A stretch of DNA of 42,023 bases, taken from IMG/VR virus record IMGVR_UViG_3300032332_000812, positions 1 through 42,023 of that record; one strand, given 5' to 3'. A program made the translations under genes and the position numbers. The notes below the pieces were generated by a model that did not search any database, was not told where the DNA came from, and was given only the letters and a program-made list of their open reading frames with translations. This DNA comes from a virus. Taxonomy: Duplodnaviria > Caudoviricetes. Every line of letters starts with the position of its first letter. The first letter of the stretch is position 1. Of this stretch, positions 1 to 9,850 are shown in pieces.

Positions 1-888
1 ATCCCCATGACAGTGTGCAGCCTTGTTATGGCACATCGTGCTGGCATGCCGTTCCGCCCGCGTCATATTGAGTTCATGACCAAAATGATCTTGACTGCCA
101 TTGGTACAGCAGAACCCGAAGCAGCGCCTGTGGCAGTGGCAGCAAAAACAGAAGTATATCGACCCACTATTCAAGATCGCTTGAATGAAAAAACCAGCGA
201 ACTGATTGGTGAGCTGGAAGGTCGCTATGATGATGTGTTTGGCAATGTAAAGACCGACTTCAAACCCTACGACTTCTTTACTGCCAACAGCGTGGCACAG
301 AGCCAGCTGGGCAAGTACCAAGCAGTATTCCAACGTCATCGCGATGAACTAGCCCGGGCACAGGCCAAAGCAGACGAGCAACTGGTGGAAGGATATCGAT
401 TCCTTAAGACTGCAGACTACCGTCGAATCCTCAGCTGGCTGGATGCCTTGCTGGCAGCAATTGAACAGTATCGTGATGTCAAACGTGCTACCAAGCGGGT
501 CACACGTGTCAAGAAGGCACCTGCCAAGGACAAGTTGGTAGCACGTCTCAAGTATGCAAAAGAGAACAAAGAGCTCAAACTGGTCAGCATCAGCCCTGTG
601 GACATTGTGGGTGCAACTGAGCTGTGGATTTTCAATGCCAAGACACGCAAGCTGGGACGTTATGTAGCAGCCAGCTATCAGACCTTGACTGTAAAAGGTA
701 CCAGCATCTTGAACTTTGATGATCAGAAGAGTGTGGCCAAAACCCTGCGCAAGCCAGCAGATCAACTCAAAGAGTTTGCTAAGGCAGGTAAAGTGGCCCT
801 GCGTACTTTTATCAAGGACATTCGTGCTACAGAGATACGCTTAAACGGGCGTATCAATGAAGATACAGTACTGCTCAAAGTACAATAG
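1..888 (+). CDS. Hypothetical phage protein, probably 5'-truncated by the window edge
   Basis: The frame is open from base 1 (ATC CCC ATG); >=293 aa, basic C-terminal half; stops just upstream of the late promoter of the neck gene. Confidence 0.7.
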   Translation: MPMTVCSLVMAHRAGMPFRPRHIEFMTKMILTAIGTAEPEAAPVAVAAKTEVYRPTIQDRLNEKTSELIGELEGRYDDVFGNVKTDFKPYDFFTANSVAQSQLGKYQAVFQRHRDELARAQAKADEQLVEGYRFLKTADYRRILSWLDALLAAIEQYRDVKRATKRVTRVKKAPAKDKLVARLKYAKENKELKLVSISPVDIVGATELWIFNAKTRKLGRYVAASYQTLTVKGTSILNFDDQKSVAKTLRKPADQLKEFAKAGKVALRTFIKDIRATEIRLNGRINEDTVLLKVQ

Positions 889-913
889 CCAACCCGGGTA
901 TCCTGTTCTGTGC

Positions 914-919
914 TAAATA
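914..919 (+). promoter_or_regulatory. T4-type late promoter (cTAAATA)
   Basis: TAAATA followed by AGGA RBS and ATG 938; the same motif precedes most structural genes. Confidence 0.65.
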
Positions 920-937
920 CACAAACAGGATACCAAC

Positions 938-2071
938 ATGGCGACACTTAAATCCGGATTAAAAAACAACACACTTAGCCTAGTCACAGATAATCTTGGT
1001 GGCCCGGGACAAATTGAGTTTGATGACACACAGCTGGAATCGCTCAACATCAAGCGAGCCGAAGTTACAGACTACATTAGATTGCGTCTCGGTGACCAAA
1101 TTGTTGATGTCGAACTGGACAAAGAGCACTACGAGCTGGCCATCAATCAGGCCTTGATCAGATATCGTCAGCGCAGTGCCAACAGCCAAGAAGAAAGTTA
1201 TGCCTTCTTAGACCTTTTGCCTGAAGTACAAGAGTACATCTTGCCCAAGGAAATCATGACTGTGCGACAAGTGTTCCGTAGAGGCATTGGCAGTGTCACA
1301 GGTACTACAGCTAGTCAGTTCGAACCATTTGCATCGGGCTACTTGAACACCTATATGCTGGTGGCAGGTAGGGTAGGCGGACTGACCAACTACGAGTTGT
1401 TTGTAGATTATCAAAAGCAGGCAATGAAGATGTTTGGTGGTTTCATGAACTTTTTATGGAATCCCACTACCAAGAAGCTGACCATCATACGCAAAATACC
1501 CAACGCTGGGCACAATTACATCAGACTGCTGGCACTGAGTGCCAGCGGACAAACAGTTGGTAGTACTATAACTATCCGCACAAAGGATGCATGGCTTGTT
1601 GCACCCGGCGACAGTATCACTGTTTCCAACTGCCGTATTGTGGGCTACAACAACAACTACATGGTTGATACTGTGGACGGGCTGCACACTACCATAACAG
1701 TCAAGGCCAAGTCGCAGCTGGAAAGAACCGAAGTGGTCACACAAGATCTGCGCAGTACACAAGTGTGGAGCAACCTAAGCGATGTGCCTTCTGAGAACGT
1801 GATGTTGCAGATCTACAATTACAAGCCCGATGTCATGTTGCTGAACGATCATATGGCTTATCCTTGGATACAGGACTATGCCTACAGTTTTGCCAAGCGC
1901 ATTGTGGGCGAAGCACGTAGCAAGTTTGGTAGTATTGCAGGCCCGCAGGGCGGCACTACCTTGAACGGCGAAGCTCTTAAAACAGAAGCAGCAGCCGAAA
2001 TGGAAAAACTAGAAGACGATCTACGTAGGTACATAGATGGGGCACAACCCATGTGGTGGATTACCGGATAA
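938..2071 (+). CDS. Neck protein (T4 gp13-like) with an internal insertion
   Basis: YIRLRLGDQIVDVELD N-terminus; WIQDYA...GEARSKF...GGTTLNG...PMWWITG C-terminus typical of gp13 homologues. Confidence 0.85.
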   Translation: MATLKSGLKNNTLSLVTDNLGGPGQIEFDDTQLESLNIKRAEVTDYIRLRLGDQIVDVELDKEHYELAINQALIRYRQRSANSQEESYAFLDLLPEVQEYILPKEIMTVRQVFRRGIGSVTGTTASQFEPFASGYLNTYMLVAGRVGGLTNYELFVDYQKQAMKMFGGFMNFLWNPTTKKLTIIRKIPNAGHNYIRLLALSASGQTVGSTITIRTKDAWLVAPGDSITVSNCRIVGYNNNYMVDTVDGLHTTITVKAKSQLERTEVVTQDLRSTQVWSNLSDVPSENVMLQIYNYKPDVMLLNDHMAYPWIQDYAYSFAKRIVGEARSKFGSIAGPQGGTTLNGEALKTEAAAEMEKLEDDLRRYIDGAQPMWWITG

Positions 2072-2072
2072 G

Positions 2073-2101
2073 TTGACAAAGCTACATAAATTTGTAATAA
2101 T
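2073..2101 (+). promoter_or_regulatory. Sigma70-like promoter
   Basis: TTGACA-17 nt-AATAAT, then AGGAG RBS and ATG 2122. Confidence 0.6.
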
Positions 2102-2121
2102 GCTACTACTAGGAGATATGT

Positions 2122-2826
2122 ATGATAGTAGGGCTAGTAGGATTCATTGGTTCAGGTAAAGATACAGCAGCAGACTATTTGGTGAACTTTCACGAATTCC
2201 GGCGTGAAAGTTTTGCCAATACTCTTAAAGATGCCGCAGCAGCAGTATTTGGGTGGGATCGTACCTTGTTAGAGGGACGCACCAAGCAGGCTAGGGAGTG
2301 GCGAGAACAGGTAGATCCCTGGTGGAGTCAGCGCCTGGACATGCCCAATCTAACGCCGCGATGGATCTTGCAACACTGGGGTACTGAAGTATGCAGACAC
2401 GGATTCCATGATGATATCTGGATAGCCAGCTTAGAAAACAAACTGCGTACAGCCACAGACAACATTGTTATCAGTGATTGTAGATTTCCCAATGAGATTG
2501 CTTCTATTAGAGCCCAGGGTGGTAAAATCTTATGGGTGCAACGTGGCCCACTCCCTGAATGGTATGACACTGCACTGGCATTCAACCTGGGCGAAAACGG
2601 TAACATGAACTGGGCACTGAGTAGAGCCAAGTTGGCAAAGTTAAAAATCCATGCCAGCGAAACAGCATGGGTAGGTTCACGGTTTGATGCAGTAGTTGAT
2701 AATAATGGTACTGTGGATCAACTGCACGAAAACATCAAAAGTCTGGTACTAGATCAGCCGGCCTCCATGGCAACTTCAACCGATGCACTTCTTGCTGACA
2801 GTTTAAGCACACAGTTTTCAAATTAG
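2122..2826 (+). CDS. Deoxynucleoside monophosphate kinase (T4 gp1-like)
   Basis: P-loop GFIGSGKDT, FANTLKD, TPRWILQHWGTE, ISDCRFPNE, HASE motifs. Confidence 0.92.
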   Translation: MIVGLVGFIGSGKDTAADYLVNFHEFRRESFANTLKDAAAAVFGWDRTLLEGRTKQAREWREQVDPWWSQRLDMPNLTPRWILQHWGTEVCRHGFHDDIWIASLENKLRTATDNIVISDCRFPNEIASIRAQGGKILWVQRGPLPEWYDTALAFNLGENGNMNWALSRAKLAKLKIHASETAWVGSRFDAVVDNNGTVDQLHENIKSLVLDQPASMATSTDALLADSLSTQFSN

Positions 2827-3091
2827 ACCAATTACTGTTCCTAAGGTCACCGTCTAGATAAAACACCCTGAGTTGATCCTCAGGGTATTTCGCTTTAAAG
2901 CCGCATTTTTCACATGCAGGCTTTTTTCTATATCCAGTTTTAAACCAGCTAGGCGCAGCAGGTTTGATTTTGCGCTTGGTACGCAAACAGACATCGCATT
3001 GTTTTCTATAGTATATTTTTTCGCCCACATGACAATTGACGGCTACGGGCCTGGCATTGTTGCATGTTGTACATAGTTTTCTTGTGTTCAT
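2735..3091 (-). CDS. Zn-binding HNH-like protein (possibly catalytically degenerate)
   Basis: Four CxxC pairs; LRVFYLDGDLRNSNWSNLKTVCLNC resembles an HNH core; own late promoter TATAAATA 5 nt upstream of ATG. Confidence 0.7.
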   Translation of the reverse strand: MNTRKLCTTCNNARPVAVNCHVGEKIYYRKQCDVCLRTKRKIKPAAPSWFKTGYRKKPACEKCGFKAKYPEDQLRVFYLDGDLRNSNWSNLKTVCLNCQQEVHRLKLPWRPADLVPDF

Positions 3092-3096
3092 ACAGG

Positions 3097-3104
3097 TATT
3101 TATA
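3097..3104 (-). promoter_or_regulatory. T4-type late promoter (TATAAATA, minus strand)
   Basis: Exact T4 late consensus upstream of the 3091 ATG. Confidence 0.7.
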
Positions 3105-3154
3105 CGATACCTTAATTAAGGGCACCGTAACGGCACCTTTTATTGAATACAAAA

Positions 3155-3160
3155 TAAATA
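3155..3160 (+). promoter_or_regulatory. Late promoter for tail sheath
   Basis: aTAAATA, then AAGGA RBS and ATG 3191. Confidence 0.65.
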
Positions 3161-3190
3161 ATACAAAGTTCTTATTAAAGGAAAAAAACT

Positions 3191-6100
3191 ATGGCAACAT
3201 CATTAGTCTCTCCAGGCATCAGTATTTCGGTTATTGATGAAAGTGCATACCTGCCAACAGCAGTTGGAACAGTACCTTTTGTGCTATTTGCTAGCGCAGA
3301 AAACAAAACAATCAATGGAACAGTTGCACCTGGCACATTAAAAGTCAACGCCGGTAAAATGTACGGCATCAGCAGCCAACGTGAATTGGTCAGCACATTT
3401 GGTGCACCACAATTCCAGCGCACCGCAGCAAACACCCCTGTGCATGGCGGCGAGCGCAATGAGTATGGACTCATGGCAGCATACAGCGCATTGGCATTGG
3501 GCAACCGCGTATGGGCTATGCGTGCCGATATTGACCTAGATCAATTGACTGGTAGCACAGTGCGTCCAAAGGGCGAAGTCCCAGACGGAACCAACTGGTT
3601 TGATACCATGGATTCCAAGTGGGGAATTTTTGAATACGATCAAGCCGGCGACAGTTTTGTAAATCGTATTCCTTTGGTAATTGATCTACAAGCAGATGCT
3701 GAATATGACAGCGGGTCCAGCACATGGTATCCAGCTGATTCAATTGGCGCAATTGGTGACTACGCAGTTGTGGCATTTGATGCCAACAACAATGTATTCC
3801 TTAAACACTCATTGAACACATGGGTAAAAGTTGGCTCCATGGAGTGGCAACAAGTTACACCAACTGTGGTTGGATCCAACGCCACAGTTGCACCAGCAGC
3901 TGGTGACAGTTTTACGCTGAATGGTAATAACATAGACGTTACTGCTGCGACTGATGTGGCCAGTTTTGTCACCACAGTCAATGCAGAAATTGCCGCTGCC
4001 ATGATAGACGGCGTGCAAGCCATTGAAGTATTTGGACAAGTGGCATTCGTGATTGATTCTACCATTGCTAACGGCGAGCTAGTGCTAACTGATGGCCAAG
4101 GTACTCCGCTGAACAGCGTGGGAATCGCTAACGGTACCTACTATCTACCAACAGTACAGTATTCTGGCTACGCCAGTGTTCCAGCATGGGGTGCATTTGA
4201 TGCCATCCCCCGCCCAACAGGTAGCGTATGGTTGAAGACCAGTTCGCACGGTCAAGGTGCAAATCTTGTGTTCAAGCAGTACAATGCTGCATTGATGACC
4301 TGGAAAACCTTGGCAGCACCACTGTACTCAGATGGATATACTGCATTGTACGGTTTGGACACACTGGGTGGCGGCAAGAATGTGCAGGCCGGTAGTGTAT
4401 TTGTCAAGACTGACGCTGCAAATGATGGAACACTAAGTTTCAAGTTCTACACCTTGTCTAGAAGTGGTAAATTATCTGTTACTGGACAGGCCAGTGCAGG
4501 TACAGCACAATTTGATGCAGGCAGCACATTTGATGTAATAGTATCAACACCTGGTTCATCTACTGGTACAACATACAGTTGCGTGGTAAATGGTGTCAAC
4601 AGCACAGCATTTGTTTCTGCTATCATAGCAGCCAACATCCCTAACATCACTGCTAGAATTGAATTGACTGGTGCAGTAACTATCAACCACACAGCTGGTG
4701 GTATCATTACTCTAGTAGATACCTGGAGCACAGGTGGCGGATTGGGCAACAATCCAGTGAACCCAATTGAGGCCGCTGGATTTACCACCGCAGTATATGG
4801 AGTACTTATGGACTTTGTTGCTGCTCCATATGGTGCATTGACCTTGACCAATTGGTTCCCAACTACATATACCTACAGCGACAACGAGCCATATACTGCT
4901 CCGGATGATGGTATTGTTTGGTACTACAGTACCCCAGCTGAGATTGACGTCATGGTTTGTGACACAAATGGCTGGAAAGGCTATAAAAATGTAAACCGCG
5001 ACACACGCGGCTTTGATTTGAGCTTGACTGATCCACAAGGCGTTATTATCAGTGGCAGCATGCCAGTTACCCAAACAGATAATACTCCGTTGGTTCCTGG
5101 AGATATATGGCTAGACAGCAAAGATCTAGAAAACTATCCTAGACTGTATCGATTCAATGCTCTACGCAAGTGGACCTTGATTGACAACACCGACACCATC
5201 AGTCAAAACGGTATTGTATTTGCTGATGCACGTTGGGACATTACTGGAACAACTGATCCTATCAGTGGTGCTTATCCTGACATCGCACTGATGCAGTATA
5301 GTGACTACTTGGATCTTGATGCTCCAGACTACAGACTGTTCCCGCGTGGTACGCTGCTGTTCAACACACGTCGCAGTGGTTACAACGTCAAGCGTTATGT
5401 AAGTGATTACTTCAATGCCAGTGCATACCCCAACGCTATGTTACCAGATGTAACAGACACATGGGTCACAACCAGTGGATTGAGAAACAACGGAACTCCA
5501 TATGCTGGGCACTATGCTCAACGTATCATGGTTGTTCGAGCACTGCAAGGAGCAATAGCTTCTAGCCTAGATGTTAGAGAAGAAGGTTACAATTTCACAC
5601 TGCTGGCTTGCCCTGGTTATCCAGAACTGCTAGACGAATTGGTGGGATTGAACAATGATCGTAGCCAGACTGGATTTGTTATTGGTGATACACCAATGAA
5701 TCTACCAGCTACATTCACTGACATTACTGCATTTGATGCTGCACAGGTAACTCGCGATCCATATATGGCATTGTACTATCCTAGCGCATTGGCCAGTGAC
5801 TTGAGTGGATACGAAATTGCAGTACCTGCTAGCCATATTGCATTGCGCACATATCTGCGCAGTGACAGCCAAAGCTATCAATGGTTTGCACCAGCTGGTG
5901 TACGTCGTGGTCTAGTAGACAATGCCGATGCTATTGGTTATATTAACAGCAACAGCGGTGAGTTTATCAAGACCGGTATCAGTCATCAGTTGCGTGATTC
6001 GTTGTATGAACTCAACATTAATCCTATTACTTTGTTGCAAGGTAGTGGATTGGTTGTTTATGGACAGAAAACACGTAATCCTGCTGCAACTGCCTTGGAT

Positions 6101-6421
6101 CGTGTCAACGTAGCACGTTTAGTCAACTACTTGCGTAAAATATTACAACCACTTGCTAACCAGTTCTTGTTTGAACCAAATGATAAAATCACACGTGATC
6201 AAATCAAGCAGGCAGTTGAAAGCGCATTGAATGACTTGATCGCCAAACGTGGTCTATATGACTACTTGGTGGTGTGTGATACTACCAACAATACTCCAGA
6301 CCGTATTGCCAGAAATGAGCTTTATGTGGACATTGCGATTGAACCAATGAAAGATGTTGAGTTCATTTATGTTCCGATTAGATTGAGAAACCCAGGATCA
6401 ATCGCAAAGGGACAGGCATAA
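3191..6421 (+). CDS. Contractile tail sheath protein (gp18-like), 1076 aa with large insertion domains
   Basis: LVSPGISISVIDES start; WFAPAGVRRG, INPI, YGQKT, LDRVNVARL, FEPND, VCDTTNNTPDRIARNEL, EFIYVPI sheath C-terminal motifs. Confidence 0.96.
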   Translation: MATSLVSPGISISVIDESAYLPTAVGTVPFVLFASAENKTINGTVAPGTLKVNAGKMYGISSQRELVSTFGAPQFQRTAANTPVHGGERNEYGLMAAYSALALGNRVWAMRADIDLDQLTGSTVRPKGEVPDGTNWFDTMDSKWGIFEYDQAGDSFVNRIPLVIDLQADAEYDSGSSTWYPADSIGAIGDYAVVAFDANNNVFLKHSLNTWVKVGSMEWQQVTPTVVGSNATVAPAAGDSFTLNGNNIDVTAATDVASFVTTVNAEIAAAMIDGVQAIEVFGQVAFVIDSTIANGELVLTDGQGTPLNSVGIANGTYYLPTVQYSGYASVPAWGAFDAIPRPTGSVWLKTSSHGQGANLVFKQYNAALMTWKTLAAPLYSDGYTALYGLDTLGGGKNVQAGSVFVKTDAANDGTLSFKFYTLSRSGKLSVTGQASAGTAQFDAGSTFDVIVSTPGSSTGTTYSCVVNGVNSTAFVSAIIAANIPNITARIELTGAVTINHTAGGIITLVDTWSTGGGLGNNPVNPIEAAGFTTAVYGVLMDFVAAPYGALTLTNWFPTTYTYSDNEPYTAPDDGIVWYYSTPAEIDVMVCDTNGWKGYKNVNRDTRGFDLSLTDPQGVIISGSMPVTQTDNTPLVPGDIWLDSKDLENYPRLYRFNALRKWTLIDNTDTISQNGIVFADARWDITGTTDPISGAYPDIALMQYSDYLDLDAPDYRLFPRGTLLFNTRRSGYNVKRYVSDYFNASAYPNAMLPDVTDTWVTTSGLRNNGTPYAGHYAQRIMVVRALQGAIASSLDVREEGYNFTLLACPGYPELLDELVGLNNDRSQTGFVIGDTPMNLPATFTDITAFDAAQVTRDPYMALYYPSALASDLSGYEIAVPASHIALRTYLRSDSQSYQWFAPAGVRRGLVDNADAIGYINSNSGEFIKTGISHQLRDSLYELNINPITLLQGSGLVVYGQKTRNPAATALDRVNVARLVNYLRKILQPLANQFLFEPNDKITRDQIKQAVESALNDLIAKRGLYDYLVVCDTTNNTPDRIARNELYVDIAIEPMKDVEFIYVPIRLRNPGSIAKGQA

Positions 6422-6430
6422 TATAAGTAT

Positions 6431-6458
6431 ATTATCGCGATCTTAGGGTCGCGATAAT
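6431..6458 (+). other. Intergenic hairpin between sheath and tube genes
   Basis: ATTATCGCGA-8 nt-TCGCGATAAT perfect 10-bp inverted repeat with no U-tract. Confidence 0.55.
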
Positions 6459-6473
6459 GCACCAATATATAGA

Positions 6474-6479
6474 TAAATA
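6474..6479 (+). promoter_or_regulatory. Late promoter for tail tube
   Basis: aTAAATA, AGGAG RBS, ATG 6501. Confidence 0.65.
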
Positions 6480-6500
6480 AAAGTAACAGGAGAGAATACA

Positions 6501-7118
6501 ATGGCAATAGCATCATTATCACGATTTACAGTACCCTTGGCCAGCGACCAGAGCGCCGGCGCACAAGGTCTGTTGATGCCCAAACTACAATTTAGATTCC
6601 GCGCCAGCTTTGAAGGCCTGGGCGTGAGTTCTAACAAGGTTGAACTAACCAAGCAAATCGTAAGTTTTGCTCGACCAAACGTCACGTTTGGTGACATCGA
6701 TGTACACGTCTACAACAGTATTGTGCGATTGGCCGGCAAGCCAACTTGGGAAGCTGTCAGTATCGTTCTGCGTGATGATGCACCTGGTAATGTCAGTAGA
6801 CTGGTTGGTGAACAATTACAGAAGCAATTTGACTTCTTTGAACAAAGCAGCGCATCTAGTGGTATTGACTATAAGTTTGTAACACGTTTAGAAATGCTGG
6901 ATGGTGGTAACGGTAACAATCAACCTACAGTCCTTGAAACATGGGAAATATATGGATGCTTCTTGTCGCAAGTGCAGTATGGTGAAACCAACTACAGCGC
7001 CAATGAACCAGTTCAAATTACATTGACCATGAAATTTGATAACGCTCTGCAAACACCACTTGGTAGCGGTGTTGGTGGTTTTGTCAACAGAACGCTTGGA
7101 CAGAACGTAACACTGTAA
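6501..7118 (+). CDS. Tail tube protein (gp19-like)
   Basis: Follows the sheath; PKLQFRFR, LAGKPTW, ETWEIYGCF, ITLTMKFDNA. Confidence 0.9.
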   Translation: MAIASLSRFTVPLASDQSAGAQGLLMPKLQFRFRASFEGLGVSSNKVELTKQIVSFARPNVTFGDIDVHVYNSIVRLAGKPTWEAVSIVLRDDAPGNVSRLVGEQLQKQFDFFEQSSASSGIDYKFVTRLEMLDGGNGNNQPTVLETWEIYGCFLSQVQYGETNYSANEPVQITLTMKFDNALQTPLGSGVGGFVNRTLGQNVTL

Positions 7119-7134
7119 TAGTTGTTTACACAAA

Positions 7135-7163
7135 GAGCCCGGCTATTTTAGCCGGGTTTTTTT
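7135..7163 (+). terminator. Rho-independent terminator
   Basis: CCCGGCTA-loop-TAGCCGGG followed by T7. Confidence 0.85.
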
Positions 7164-7194
7164 CTGACTAAATACTATACAAGGAATATATTAA

Positions 7195-8487
7195 ATGGCC
7201 ACAACTCCGACATTTCAAGACTATAAACATGCCAGTAAGCTGTTTGTAGAAGATCATTTTAATTTTGTTCCTAAGTATTCTTTTCTTTATCATGTCTACT
7301 TTGATGTAAACCAGTCAAATTTAAAAACTGATCCACAAAATCCCAATGGTGATAGAGAATTGGGGCTGATGGTTAAAGCAGTTGGACTACCAAAATTTAG
7401 TATTGATACCAAGGTGTTTAATTCGTACAATAGGCCCAATATAGTACAAACTAAAATAAAATACGATCCGGTTCAATTCACATTCCATGATGACAGCGCA
7501 GATTTGGTCAGGAACTTCTGGTTTGATTATTACAATTACTACTATAGAGACAGTGACCATGATGAGGCATTGTATCACCAACAGCACAAATATCAAGACA
7601 AGATACCAACATCGGGCTGGGGATATACCACACGCTCCAGCAATAGCGAGCCTTATTTGCAGAGTATACGTATCTACAGTTTGCACCAAAGACGATTCAG
7701 CGAGTATGTGCTGATAAATCCATTGATCAAATCATTCAAGCACGGCGAACACAAAGCTGGCGAAAACGACCTGCTAGGGCATGACATGACTGTGGAATAC
7801 GAGAGCATAATATATGCATATGGTACCATAGGTCCATCGACCGTGCCAGGGTTTGTTGACCTGCACTACGACCCAACACCAAGCCCGCTACCACCACAGC
7901 CATCTGCTATAAGTTTTGGTGAAGCATTCAGGGCTGCACGTAATGCACAGATAGCAAAAGATCGAACCAATCCCGGCGGCGGCCTGTTTACCTGGATGGG
8001 CAACATGTATAATACCATACATAAAGATAAAGAAACAGCAGAACGAGCAGCCATAGCAGCGGCAGCAGCAAGAAATTCTCCAGTCTATATACCTAGTCAG
8101 AAGGTCAGTAATTTTAATTTGGGAATAAATGGCACCAGTATACCAGTAGGCACCAGTACTACCATTACCAGTACTACCACTACCAGAACTGGCACCAGAA
8201 GTGGCATGGATTATGCAAAAAATTTAAAACCTGGCCAGAGCATGAAATTTATCTATACTGAGGAAGGTGGATATGTGCCAGTAGCTGATGAGGTTACACA
8301 ACAGAGCATTGCAGTTACCGGGGCACCGCAATCGGCAACCAGAGTACTGGCACCCAACGGGGCAACAATACCTGCCAAATCAGGAAACACTGGCAACGGC
8401 GGCGGCCAACAACGTGCTGGTAAAATACACTACCCTGGCAACTGGCACGACACTAGATTGCCACCTCCCACTGGATATAAAAAGTAA
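7195..8487 (+). CDS. Tail-tube-fold baseplate protein (gp48/gp54-like) with low-complexity C-terminal extension
   Basis: VKAVGLPKFSIDT..YNR..QTKIKYDPVQFTFHDD, LINPLIKSF, MTVEYE tube-like fold; late promoter TAAATA at 7169. Confidence 0.7.
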   Translation: MATTPTFQDYKHASKLFVEDHFNFVPKYSFLYHVYFDVNQSNLKTDPQNPNGDRELGLMVKAVGLPKFSIDTKVFNSYNRPNIVQTKIKYDPVQFTFHDDSADLVRNFWFDYYNYYYRDSDHDEALYHQQHKYQDKIPTSGWGYTTRSSNSEPYLQSIRIYSLHQRRFSEYVLINPLIKSFKHGEHKAGENDLLGHDMTVEYESIIYAYGTIGPSTVPGFVDLHYDPTPSPLPPQPSAISFGEAFRAARNAQIAKDRTNPGGGLFTWMGNMYNTIHKDKETAERAAIAAAAARNSPVYIPSQKVSNFNLGINGTSIPVGTSTTITSTTTTRTGTRSGMDYAKNLKPGQSMKFIYTEEGGYVPVADEVTQQSIAVTGAPQSATRVLAPNGATIPAKSGNTGNGGGQQRAGKIHYPGNWHDTRLPPPTGYKK

Positions 8488-8489
8488 AA

Positions 8490-8861
8490 ATGTCTATCAA
8501 TAATATCAGTACTGTGAATTTTGACAACTTGCCTGTTGACACACGCACGTATTTTAATAATTTCTATCAACCAATGCGTACAGTGAGTCAAGACGTTGAT
8601 GATGCCATATCTGGATATTTTGAACAAGTAACCAACACCAAGGAAAGTGCAAAAGCACTGGCAGCAGCGGTGATATCAACTAGTATTGCACAGGGAATTG
8701 ATCCAATGGTTGCATTGGATAATTTTAAATCTATGCCCAAAGGTGAATTGAATACTTACCTTACGATATTTTTAAATTTAAATCGCGTGGGTACCAGCTA
8801 TTTGGCTATCAGCAATTTACAAACGCCCAACAAATACGTAGCACGTTCGGTTTTACCCTGA
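8490..8861 (+). CDS. Hypothetical structural-region protein
   Basis: 123-aa ORF tightly coupled to both neighbours. Confidence 0.7.
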   Translation: MSINNISTVNFDNLPVDTRTYFNNFYQPMRTVSQDVDDAISGYFEQVTNTKESAKALAAAVISTSIAQGIDPMVALDNFKSMPKGELNTYLTIFLNLNRVGTSYLAISNLQTPNKYVARSVLP

Positions 8862-9298
8862 TGGCAAAATACTCCCAAGGCAAATTCCAAGTTCGCCATC
8901 CTGAAAAATATGTAGGTAAAAAATCACCTACCTATAGGAGCAGTTGGGAAGCAACGTTTATGAGTTTCTGCGACAACAATCCCGCAGTGATACAGTGGGC
9001 CAGCGAGCCGTTTATGATTCCCTATCGCAATCCGTTGACTGGAAAAAACACAGTATACGTCCCTGATTTTTTGATAGTGTACGTTGACAAAACTGATGCC
9101 AAATTTGCCGAAGTGATAGAGGTCAAGCCTAGAAAAGAAACCACAATGGAAAATGCTCGCACAGCCCGTGATCGAGCATTTGTCATACTTAACATGGCCA
9201 AATGGCAGGCAGCAAAAGCCTGGTGCGCACAGTACGGTTTAAAATTTAGAGTGGTAACTGAAGAAGATATATTCGCCGGAATTAAAGCAACCAAATAG
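8861..9298 (+). CDS. Head completion nuclease (T4 gp4 / TnsA-like PD-(D/E)XK)
   Basis: PEKYVG, YRSSWE, WASE, YVPDF, IEVKP, NMAKWQAA, FRVVTE. Confidence 0.92.
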   Translation: MAKYSQGKFQVRHPEKYVGKKSPTYRSSWEATFMSFCDNNPAVIQWASEPFMIPYRNPLTGKNTVYVPDFLIVYVDKTDAKFAEVIEVKPRKETTMENARTARDRAFVILNMAKWQAAKAWCAQYGLKFRVVTEEDIFAGIKATK

Positions 9299-9308
9299 AA
9301 TCGGTCAC

Positions 9309-9316
9309 TATAAATA
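9309..9316 (+). promoter_or_regulatory. Late promoter TATAAATA
   Basis: Exact consensus 4 nt before ATG 9321. Confidence 0.7.
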
Positions 9317-9320
9317 CCAT

Positions 9321-9818
9321 ATGACCAAAAAATTAGAAGACTTGTTTAATTTACCTTCTTCGGGCGACAGCAGGGACGAAGCGGATCCCGAGACCAGCCA
9401 AGAAGAAATAGAAAAAAACAAGGAAATACTGGAACAAGTAAATCTTGACATTGACAAGATTGATGCTGCATTACCCAGTGTACGTGATCTTGATACTGCT
9501 GATCACGAGCTAGATGAACTGGCTAAGTTGGCACAGGCAAGATTTGAAGACTTGATGGATCTAGGCATGAACGTAGAAGCTAGATTCAGCGGAACAATCC
9601 TGCAAACAGCAGGAGTGCTGCTGGGACATGCCATCACTGCCAAGACTGCTAAAATTGACAAAAAGCTGAAGATGATTGATCTACAGTTAAAGAAAGCCAA
9701 ATTGGATCAAGCAGAAGCTGCCAAAGATCCAGCGGCCGCCGCAGTTGAAGGCAAAGCATGGGTCATGGATCGTAACGAGTTGCTGCGCCAGCTCAATGGT
9801 GATCGCATAAAGAGTTGA
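9321..9818 (+). CDS. Probable terminase small subunit
   Basis: Helical/coiled-coil 165 aa ending DRNELLRQL, like gp16-type proteins; lies upstream of TerL. Confidence 0.6.
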   Translation: MTKKLEDLFNLPSSGDSRDEADPETSQEEIEKNKEILEQVNLDIDKIDAALPSVRDLDTADHELDELAKLAQARFEDLMDLGMNVEARFSGTILQTAGVLLGHAITAKTAKIDKKLKMIDLQLKKAKLDQAEAAKDPAAAAVEGKAWVMDRNELLRQLNGDRIKS

Positions 9819-9850
9819 ACTCGCATAAATATTGTTATTAGGATTAAAAT

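Noticed and set aside
8861-9298. TnsA-like nuclease as evidence of a Tn7 transposon
   Set aside because: Matches the T4 gp4 head-completion family in structural context; no tnsB/C or transposon ends
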